A stretch of 64,000 nt of DNA. Origin: Carpediemonas membranifera BICM (lineage: Eukaryota > Protista > Fornicata). Positions 53,315-61,954 of the stretch are shown piece after piece. The notes below the pieces were generated by a model. It was not told where the DNA came from and did not search any database. It saw only the letters and a program-made list of their open reading frames with translations. Location of the stretch: assembly GCA_019828565.1 (NCBI GenBank), contig JAHDYR010000007.1:320373-384372 (forward strand), in the 5' to 3' direction. Within the stretch, counting starts at the first letter, position 1. Each line of letters begins with the position of its first letter. The translations under genes were made by a program, and so were the position numbers.

Positions 53315-53654
53315 CTTGTCGTCCCGGTGTTACGGCTTGAAAAATGATCCAGATCTTGAGCCAACCTGCGTGTTCGACACACTTAAACAGACCATTTCTC
53401 GTTTGCTTACCTGTTTTTGTAGAGTAAATAGGTTGTGCAGTTTATGTCATCGCAAATGTGTATTTAGAGATGTTTACTGGGGTAAGCTCAGTCAGCTTTT
53501 TGCATGTATTTGCGTCCCTCTCGATATTCGGTCATGATTTCAGTAGTAAAGACGCTTTGTGTTGTATGATGCTGGTTTCTTGTGTTTTGAGGGATGCTGC
53601 TAGCTGATGAACCCTGAAAAGAAATGATCGATGCAGGCAGCTCAATAGACTCTG

Positions 53655-55323
53655 ATGCCTTCCAAGATATACACGGTGAAGGCTTCCGTTAACAAGGCCA
53701 TTGGCGAGATTAACGGTGGAGGCGATAACAACGCGCCGCGGCGAGGAAATCTTGAACCGGGCATGCGTTCTTTCACGAAGGCTAAGTACACATTCACTTG
53801 CCTGCTTGCGTGCGTCTCTGCATCTGCGCACGCGTTGACCCCACCGAGGACGGTCAACCTGTTCGACGAGGAGGTCCTCAAGCAGATCGTCAGCATTGCC
53901 AAGGGAAGAGAGACCAAGGCAAAGGCAGCGGATCGGTGCAGGTGGATTGGCGACCTGGCGATGTGGAGGGACCCTGACATAACCCCACTCGTCCGGGACT
54001 TCGTCACGGCTTATAGCTACCTTGGCTTGTGCAAGCCATTTGACACCTGGTTGGGCGAGTACTCCACAGCCACCCGGGTCTGGCTCTCGCGCGCGTCACC
54101 CGGGTACCTGACCCGTCTTCGTGCTGGGTTAGAACGGGTGCGTCCGCTCCTCCATGATCGGCCGGGTGTTCGACAGGATTTTCTCGACACCCTAGGCGAG
54201 CTCGAAACTGAGGTTGCCGCCATAGCCGCCGATCATGGCAGGTATCATCCTCAAATGCATGCATCGCCCGAGGGGCAACGGGTGGGTCGCACTGGTACCG
54301 TGGCCGAGGCCCTCGTCGGCGTGCTGTCGTGCGTCACGCGCATGAGTGCTGCAGTGAGGTAAGGTACCTTACCTTACAGAGTGCTCTCTGTGAAGACAGA
54401 CGGGGTCTCTGTTGCTGTGACGGTTTGGGTGGGTCGCGAGAAATACCGTGGCGGTCGGGTGGCTGACCGGCCCACGTACAAAAAGGGTAGCAGCAACAAG
54501 CGGGCTCGGCTCGGTCAGGATGACGCCGAGGCTACTCCTGCCCCGGACATTCAAGCTCTCATGGGCTTCGACCCTGGTGCTCGGTTGCTGGGCGGCTACA
54601 CGATCCGCCGCCCAGACGGGCAGAGTGTATCTGGCGTTCTCGCTAAGTGTGGCTACACTGCCACCCCCTCTTTCCGCGTGAATATGAGCGCAGCATCGTT
54701 CAAAACGACAAGTCTAGAGGCTCTCAAACAGTCGATTAGGTTTGTCCATGAGAACATCGTTCAGATCATCAACGAGGGGACGAGAAAGTGTTTCCGCCGT
54801 GCGACTTTTGCCAATCACTGTCTGCGCCTGAAGCACTTCGCCCGGGCTGGACGTAAACTCCTGGATGATCTCGGCGGGCGCCCCCCGGAGCCCATTCACC
54901 TCGAAGTCGCGTACGGGGCTGCACTGTTCGGTTCCGCCGGCACTCCCTCCTGTGCTCCGTACCGCCACTTTGCTCGAGCACTTCCTGGCATAATGCTCCG
55001 GCACAACGTCGTCGTGAGTGTCACGATGGTCTCCGAATTCCGCACTTCCATCGTGTGCCCATACTGCAAAGCACACTTCAGACGTGTGGTGCACACACCG
55101 CACCATGCTCTGCCAGAATCCCGCGTGCGAGGGAGCTCCATGGCGCGTTGAACGGCTACGTCGGCATCCCGAGCAGAGAGACATACTTCTCAATCTCTCT
55201 CACCGAGATAAGAGCGCCAGCGAGAACATCCTTTGGTGCACCATCGATGCAACTTCAGATCAGATAGAGCAATCTCCTTTCCACTTCGACTCCCAGAGAG
55301 GTGCTCTTCCTCGCTATCATTAA
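53655..55323 (+). CDS. Fanzor (eukaryotic TnpB-like RNA-guided nuclease), interrupted by an in-frame stop or 21-nt intron (54359-54379) and a frameshift near 55095
   Basis: SVKTDGVSVAV; RuvC-I GFDPG; VAYGAALFG; rearranged RuvC-II VSEFRTSIVCPYC; zinc finger LCQNPAC; RuvC-III HRDKSASENI. Confidence 0.85.
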
Positions 55324-55324
55324 C

Positions 55325-55450
55325 TGCTGCTAAGTTGAGCAAACACGCGCTGCAGCGCGCGTGATATGCTGCGCACGATTGATAGAGTATGATGAACCAC
55401 ACTGCGATCCTGATGCTGCTTGGATCACTGTGTGTTTTGGACTCAACAAT
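55325..55450 (+). ncRNA. Candidate Fanzor omega-RNA scaffold
   Basis: Directly 3' of the Fanzor stop. Hairpins CACGCGC/GCGCGTG and CACAC..GATCC/GGATC..GTGTG are enclosed by a GTTGAG (55334)/CTCAAC (55442) pairing. Confidence 0.45.
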
Positions 55451-55486
55451 TCTAATCCTGCGCAGCACATCAAGCAAATCGAAGCC

Positions 55487-55995
55487 ATGTTCGGCAAAAT
55501 GACGAATACTGATGCCAGGATTGTGAAGGTTCGTACTAATTTGCGATTTTATTAACATAGGACTGGAAGCGGTTCCAGGCCGATCCTCCACCAGGCGTAG
55601 AGGCCGAAATCGACGTGAACCACATCAGAAACTGGAAAGCAGTCATTCTAGGCCCAGAGGATAGCATATGGCAAGGTGCAGTGCTACTTTTATCGATTGA
55701 TTTCCCCGATAACTATCCAACGAAGCCACCGCACGTGAAGTTCGTCTCGAGCGTTTTCCACCCAAACATCTACAAGTCCGGCGAGATCTGCCTTGACATC
55801 CTTCAGAACAACTGGACGTCTGTCTATGATGTCGCGGCCGTCCTGACGTCGATCCAGTCCCTCCTGACAGACCCAAACCCAGCCTCGCCGGCCAATATCG
55901 AGGCCGCGCAGCTCTTTACAAAGGACGAACCGGCGTACGAGCGGCGGGTGCGGAAGTGCATCGAGGCCGGCTGGGCGGCAGGGGACTGGGAATAG
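55487..55995 (+). CDS. RAD6: Ubiquitin-conjugating enzyme E2, Rad6/UBC2-like; 32-nt intron 55529-55560
   Basis: Spliced ...ARIVK|DWKRFQADPPPGV; FHPNIYKSGEICLDILQNNWTSVYDVAAVLTSIQSLL; NPASPAN. Confidence 0.88.
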
Positions 55996-56282
55996 GGCCC
56001 GGGTCTGGGCACTCTTGACTTGACTTGACTTGTTGGACGTTTGTAAAGCGCACTTTGGGGCATGGTTGGGTGCATGTGCTGGGATAAGTATGGCAGTAGC
56101 TTCCAGGCATCTGTCAGGTGACCAGGGTCGGAGTGGTGTCACAGCTACAGACCGGATCATAGCCGCAGCGTCTGTTGTTGTAGAGAAAGAAATGGGGTCT
56201 CGCGCGCTACAAAGTCCCACACTTGCCTGTTTAGGCGTCTCATCTTCCCTACAGTCGGAGCCGGTTAAGCTGCACCGCGACA

Positions 56283-59200
56283 ATGGACGGAGGACGAGCA
56301 TTGGACGGAGACGTGCTTACCCGCTATGAACCGGGGATAGCCATCATCCGGGAAAGCATATTCTTCAAAACGCTGTCGCAGGCACTCCCGCGACTCTTCA
56401 TTTCCTTGCTACGGCAAGAACCTGTGAATAATGTCCTATACTCAATCATCTCCATCATATACTACCTAGAAACGCTTTCGCTGGTCCTCACTCCCAACTT
56501 AGACTCATTTAGTACCCCGACGAAGCTCGTGCTTCAACTCTTGTACTACCTCCGAATCCCCGTCGACGATTACAAGCTCCTTGATACCGTAGGCGTTCTC
56601 ATAGCCTTCGTGGTGACCCTCCTATACGTCAACCTTGTCACCATCACGACGTTCCTCATCATCTTCACCCGCCTCGCTGCTGTCCGACCCGCTGCCATCC
56701 GGCTCTACAAGCTGCTCTTCATCCTCGAGATCACCGTCTTCTCGCTCCCGATGTCCCGTGTACTGCTCATCTTCACGCGCATTGAGACTGTGAACGGCGT
56801 GTGTACCTTCGCGATGCTGCCCGGCCTGACGTGCAGCTGGTGGACGACGCCGTTAAACGTGCTGGGCATTGTGGCCTTCGTCCAGCTCTTCATCTCCGTG
56901 TTCGCCATCAACTGCTGCTTCAGCGACACCAACATTGTCAGCGGCAGGCTGACTGCGTCCCATTGTAACGGGCTCTTCGGCGCGTCGGCCGCGGCGACCG
57001 TCTCGATCTCGGCCATTAAGATCGTCGGTTTCGACTTTCCCGTGCTCACCAGCGCCCTCAGCGGGGCCATCCTCCTCCTGCTCAGCGGGGCCGTCTTCAT
57101 CCTCGTGCCCGCCATAATACCCGAGGTCAATATCTTCGTGTTCGGCATGACGACGATGCTGCTCTTCGCCATACCGTATTCATTGGCGTACAGCGTGTTT
57201 GAGCTGCCCGTGCTCGTCCTCGAGCTCCTCTTCATCGTCGTCCTGCCCCTAACCGGTCTCATCGCTGGAGCGCTGGCCATGCATGCCCGTATATACGCCA
57301 TATTCTCCCTCCTGATGCCCGTCATGGCCGTCGCAGAGCACGAGGTTGAGCACGCGGCCACGACGGTCACGTTCCCCCACACCACAATCTCCCCGACCGG
57401 CGTTAGATACGTGTTCGAAAACCAGCACCAGCTACCCTTCGAGTATTACTACAAGCGGATATCGCGGCTCAACCCGGGTAACGCGGGGTTCAAGGTGCCG
57501 CGTGCCAACACTGTGGTCGCGCTAGCCCTGTGGCCGATGGTCCACACGCTGTCGTTCCGGAAAGACCTCGAGTACGTCCTTCTCCGGCATGGCAATGTCA
57601 CGACGAACGACCCCGTCATGGAGTCCGTGACTTCGTTCAACCGCCCAGGACGCTACTCGGTGTTCTTCCACAACTCGGGCAACAGGTCCCTCGTCTCGAC
57701 GCTGGCTGCCCCGTTCGCCTTCATCGTCGCGCCCTTCCTGCTCTCGAACCACCCCGTGGTCAAGTCCTGTATGGGCCTGCCCAACGGGGCGCTGCTGTCC
57801 ATCGTGCACTGGACCGTGATGACCGCGCGGGCCCAGAATCCCAGTAGTCTCTTCCTCACACTCTACCTCGCCCAGTACGTCCGTCTGTTCGTCCCACTCG
57901 ACATGGAGAAGGCTGCAGCCCCGCTTGAATTACTCAACGAGGCGAGGGGCGGAGACAGTGAGGCCCGGCCCAGGCTGATGGCTCAGAGCAGAGTCCCCAT
58001 CGTCGTGCGGCCCGTTATAGCTTTCTTTGAGCACTGCATGGTCACCCGTGAAAACATGGAGGCTGCCATCTTCCTCGGGGGCGACTTCTACAGCCCGAAC
58101 GTGTCAGCTTTCTACCTGTCAGATGCGGTTATATCTGACATATTTGATAGAGCGTGTGCAGAGCACGCTAAGACGCTCAGTGATATCGATCATGTCCGAG
58201 ATTTGATTCATAACCGGCCAGAGTCAGCCTCACGCGATGTCGAGCTGTTCCGCCGCATCGCTGCGATGTCACGGCACCACCGTACGGCCGAGGAGCGCTA
58301 CCTCCAGGCCGTACGGGTGATAGGGCACTCCAGCGACGTCATTGGCACTTACGCATACTTCATGGAGACCTTAACGCGCGCTGAACCGAAGGCCTGCTAC
58401 GAATTCATCGCCTCCCGGCTGGACGGCAAGTGCACTGAGGACATCTCGCCGCTGGAGACGCGGACCGAGCTCATGCGCGTGGCCATGATGCAGGCGGGCC
58501 AGTTCGTGCCGACGTTCATCCGGCGGGTACGGGGCATGGCGGTTATCGGCCTCGTGCTGCTGGCCGCCCTCGCTATTGGGACAGCGTTGCTCACGGCAGC
58601 CTCGGTGGAGCACACCGACGACGCAGACGTCGTGCTGTGGGCCGCAGATCTGGTTTTTGACCGCATCCTCGAGCAGTGGTACGACGGCGACTCCCCCGGT
58701 CGGGTCAACCGTTACCCGGAGGTGTTCGACCGCCTCAGCAGGATGTCTGTCATGCAGGTCGGCCCGCCCCTCACGGTGTTGGGCCAGCCCCCGGTCCACA
58801 CCATCTCCCCCTCCTCGCTGGTGCAGTCCTGCATCAGCGGGCCCCTCGCGGACAGGCAGGCGATGCTTGCATGCTTTGACACGCTGTCCGGCATGGAGGC
58901 GACAGCTGTGATCTTCCATCACACCCTCATCACGTGCGGCAGCGCCGTCGTCCTCACGTGCGCGGTGTGCATCGTAGTGGCCATCCTCCGGGCCCTGCTC
59001 TCCGCCTACTACTGCCTGATCGCTGAGCGCCGCGTCATAGTCCAGATGGCGCCATGGTGGAACAAGCACGGCGGCAGTGCCCCCCCTCCCCCGCGGACCG
59101 GTCTCGACGTGCTGCTCGATGGGCGGCGGCTGGTCGTGGCGCTGGGGGAGTGGCTGCAGGACAACGCAGAGCCTCCCACGGCCCGGCTGGACGACGTCGT

Positions 59201-61529
59201 CGGGGGCATCGCGGCGGAGACGTCGGATGTGACCGACGACTTCATCGACTCTGCTACGGCATGGCACGTGCAGCACGCAGGACTCTCCCTGGCGGCGCCT
59301 ATGAGCTGCCCCGTGCCCTCTAAGGATGTGCTGGTCGCCCCCCTCGAAGTCAAGCGGAAGAAGGTCGGCGTGCTCCGGATTGTGACACTCTCTGGCCTGC
59401 TGCTTGTCATGTGTGTGTTCATGACGATCCTGTTCGGCCGCTACCACCTGTTCACGTCCAGCATCGACAGCAGGCTCGTGTCGTTCGACAAGAGTCTCGA
59501 CGTCTTCCACACGTCGGCCGACTCCATGCACGAGTCGGCCGTGATCATCGCGACGACTGTGCGGAAGGCGACCGGGCTGATTGCAGCGGTCGATGCCCAC
59601 ATGGCCGGCGACACCCCATGCATCTCCATCTCCGACTCGACGTGGGTCGGGCCCCAGTCAGTCTTCTCCACGAGCATCGAGGCCATCTCAGCCCCGTCCC
59701 GTCCGGACCTCGCAGCCACGGCCACGGGCGGGGCCTTGTCCATCTGGGCGTTTGCGGTGGATTTGAACTCGATGCTCCAGGCGATGGTTTCGTCGGCATT
59801 GCCCATGCTGTGCGAGGAATCCCACATCGAGGCATACCCCGCCCCCCGATTCGACAAGCGACCCATGGCGTTCAGTGCAGCACATGAGGACTGCGTGGCC
59901 AGTGCCACCGATGCCTACTCGTCGTACGCCGCGCTGTCGACCGACCTGGCGACACACTCCGGCCGGATCGCGGGGACAATCGACTTCATGTCCACCAGGG
60001 AGGGCCGCAGCCTCTTCGCCGCCCACACCGGCGCCATCGCGAACTCGGCCGACGAGCTCGTTGACATGGCTGACGAGATCACCGCCCTTGCTGCCGACCA
60101 AGTCCACATCCTCCCCTGGCTCATCTCGACCGCCGCCGCCCTCCTGGTGTACCAGGGGCTGTGCTTCGTCTGGAGCTGCACGATGCTTGAGCACACGGCC
60201 ATGTGGACGGTGACCACGGTGGTGCTGCTGGCCGTGGCGTGGTTGGCGGCGGGGCAGCTCGTCGACACCGAGCTTCACATCGACGACATGCTCAGTGGGA
60301 TCGACGCGGTCGTCAGCCCGCTCGCAGGGGTCAGCAAGGAGCTGCGGCTCAGCTTCTACGGCATCCTCGCCGAGCTGACCCAGACGGCCGTGTACAACAA
60401 CACGCACCTCGACCTCGCGCTGAAGCAGTTCGGGACGCAGACCGACATCGGCATCCACGAGCTCGACGTGGCGCTGGGTGGCTATGTTTCCCGGGACATC
60501 TCCGGCATGAACATCACTGTGCCGGCCACCAAGAGGGACGCCATCATCGCCCAGATCGACGCCTACACGCCCTCTGCCACGACCACGGAGATATTGGCCC
60601 GGGCATGCCCTGAGGCCGTCGTCGGGCCGGTGCAGCCCTGTGTGTTCCGGAACTCGACGGACGCGGTCCAGTATGGGCTCTCGTCCACCCTATACTCCCG
60701 CCTGGTCCACTCTATTGGGCTCGACGACGCCTTTGTGTCCCCCTCGACGGCCCTGGTGTCACATGGCATGCGTTTTATGGCCGTCTCGGCAACGCTCTGG
60801 TGTGTAGCAAACACTCTCATCCTCGTCTCAGTCTGCTACCCTGTCGCATTCGACGTCGGCCTACCCTTGCCCCGCCGGGACACCATCTTCGCCACATGCC
60901 GCAGCATGTTGCCACGCTTCAAGTCTCGGCGGCAGACGGCTAGCTATCTCAGTGTTGCGCCGTGGGGCCCGCTGCTGCGGCTGGTCGGCGTCAGCCTGCT
61001 GTTTATCCTGCTCTGCATGATCACGCTAGCCTCAGCGGTGTTGCGGTGGCAGTACCTCACCGCCGCTGCGCAGGACGCCAACTGGAATGTCGCGGGCCGC
61101 GTGTCAGGCTACAAGATCGCAGCGCTGCTGACCCTGAGCGATACGATGATCGACTTCCCCTCCGAGATCCTCGTCCACATCGAGAACGTCACGCGGCATA
61201 CGACCAAGTCCAACTGCATCCTGGTCCACCAGCTGGACACCTCGATGCGACTCCTGCTCGAGCGTACGTTCACGCCAGACTCGCCTAACGTTGCCGCCCT
61301 CGTCGACAAGCTCCTCGGCATGCTCGACGCGGCCCGTGAGGAGTGCGACCCGCGCGGCATGACGCTGGACGAGATCCTGCCCTTCCCAGGCTGGGCCCAC
61401 CACGTCGTTGGCGCTGTTGCACTGCTCGCGCCGTTGCTCTTCCTCGCCGTCGTCGCACTTGAGGTGAAGAAGGACCTGCATCTGATCGCCCACGGGCACA
61501 GCGTGTCGTCCCTCATCATTGGGCACTAA
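56283..61529 (+). CDS. Large multipass membrane protein, TmcB/TmcC-like protist family
   Basis: About 8 N-terminal TM helices, a helical-repeat region (YLQAV...GTYAYFM), then repeated TM pairs; 1748-aa intact ORF. Confidence 0.65.
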   Translation: MDGGRALDGDVLTRYEPGIAIIRESIFFKTLSQALPRLFISLLRQEPVNNVLYSIISIIYYLETLSLVLTPNLDSFSTPTKLVLQLLYYLRIPVDDYKLLDTVGVLIAFVVTLLYVNLVTITTFLIIFTRLAAVRPAAIRLYKLLFILEITVFSLPMSRVLLIFTRIETVNGVCTFAMLPGLTCSWWTTPLNVLGIVAFVQLFISVFAINCCFSDTNIVSGRLTASHCNGLFGASAAATVSISAIKIVGFDFPVLTSALSGAILLLLSGAVFILVPAIIPEVNIFVFGMTTMLLFAIPYSLAYSVFELPVLVLELLFIVVLPLTGLIAGALAMHARIYAIFSLLMPVMAVAEHEVEHAATTVTFPHTTISPTGVRYVFENQHQLPFEYYYKRISRLNPGNAGFKVPRANTVVALALWPMVHTLSFRKDLEYVLLRHGNVTTNDPVMESVTSFNRPGRYSVFFHNSGNRSLVSTLAAPFAFIVAPFLLSNHPVVKSCMGLPNGALLSIVHWTVMTARAQNPSSLFLTLYLAQYVRLFVPLDMEKAAAPLELLNEARGGDSEARPRLMAQSRVPIVVRPVIAFFEHCMVTRENMEAAIFLGGDFYSPNVSAFYLSDAVISDIFDRACAEHAKTLSDIDHVRDLIHNRPESASRDVELFRRIAAMSRHHRTAEERYLQAVRVIGHSSDVIGTYAYFMETLTRAEPKACYEFIASRLDGKCTEDISPLETRTELMRVAMMQAGQFVPTFIRRVRGMAVIGLVLLAALAIGTALLTAASVEHTDDADVVLWAADLVFDRILEQWYDGDSPGRVNRYPEVFDRLSRMSVMQVGPPLTVLGQPPVHTISPSSLVQSCISGPLADRQAMLACFDTLSGMEATAVIFHHTLITCGSAVVLTCAVCIVVAILRALLSAYYCLIAERRVIVQMAPWWNKHGGSAPPPPRTGLDVLLDGRRLVVALGEWLQDNAEPPTARLDDVVGGIAAETSDVTDDFIDSATAWHVQHAGLSLAAPMSCPVPSKDVLVAPLEVKRKKVGVLRIVTLSGLLLVMCVFMTILFGRYHLFTSSIDSRLVSFDKSLDVFHTSADSMHESAVIIATTVRKATGLIAAVDAHMAGDTPCISISDSTWVGPQSVFSTSIEAISAPSRPDLAATATGGALSIWAFAVDLNSMLQAMVSSALPMLCEESHIEAYPAPRFDKRPMAFSAAHEDCVASATDAYSSYAALSTDLATHSGRIAGTIDFMSTREGRSLFAAHTGAIANSADELVDMADEITALAADQVHILPWLISTAAALLVYQGLCFVWSCTMLEHTAMWTVTTVVLLAVAWLAAGQLVDTELHIDDMLSGIDAVVSPLAGVSKELRLSFYGILAELTQTAVYNNTHLDLALKQFGTQTDIGIHELDVALGGYVSRDISGMNITVPATKRDAIIAQIDAYTPSATTTEILARACPEAVVGPVQPCVFRNSTDAVQYGLSSTLYSRLVHSIGLDDAFVSPSTALVSHGMRFMAVSATLWCVANTLILVSVCYPVAFDVGLPLPRRDTIFATCRSMLPRFKSRRQTASYLSVAPWGPLLRLVGVSLLFILLCMITLASAVLRWQYLTAAAQDANWNVAGRVSGYKIAALLTLSDTMIDFPSEILVHIENVTRHTTKSNCILVHQLDTSMRLLLERTFTPDSPNVAALVDKLLGMLDAAREECDPRGMTLDEILPFPGWAHHVVGAVALLAPLLFLAVVALEVKKDLHLIAHGHSVSSLIIGH

Positions 61530-61954
61530 ACGGGCTCTTTATTGCCGATCATAGTCTCAGATAGGCTTTGACACAATCGAATAAGTTAAACTAATCTCTA
61601 ACTAATCTGCGAAATATGAAATGAAACCGCCGACGACATGCACCATCAGCAGTGCTACTGGGACCATGACCAGCGCGGCCACGAGGAGATGGCGCCCCTT
61701 GATGCAGGGTCGCCTTGTGCTCAGGCTCTCGACACTTCACAGATATGTTGGGGAACGACGACGCGGGCAACGTCATGGCCCCAGAATCTATCAGCGCGCA
61801 CAGCAGCACCGCGATGGACGGGTGGCTTTGTTAAGTTCGTGTACTAAGGGAAGCTACGCTTTGGGACACGAGGTTGCTGACGGCGACGGTGAGCAGCATG
61901 CACAGCAGCTGGAGGGGTATCTCGTGGACGTGCTCGAGCACGGGCTGCAACGGG

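Noticed and set aside
56014-56032. (TGACT)n short tandem repeat after the E2 gene
   Set aside because: Only about three units; an ordinary microsatellite in a 3' UTR.
56705-61526. Numerous long opposite-strand ORFs (also over CK2, the PIN gene and the GTPases)
   Set aside because: Shadow ORFs expected from high GC3 codon usage of the real genes.
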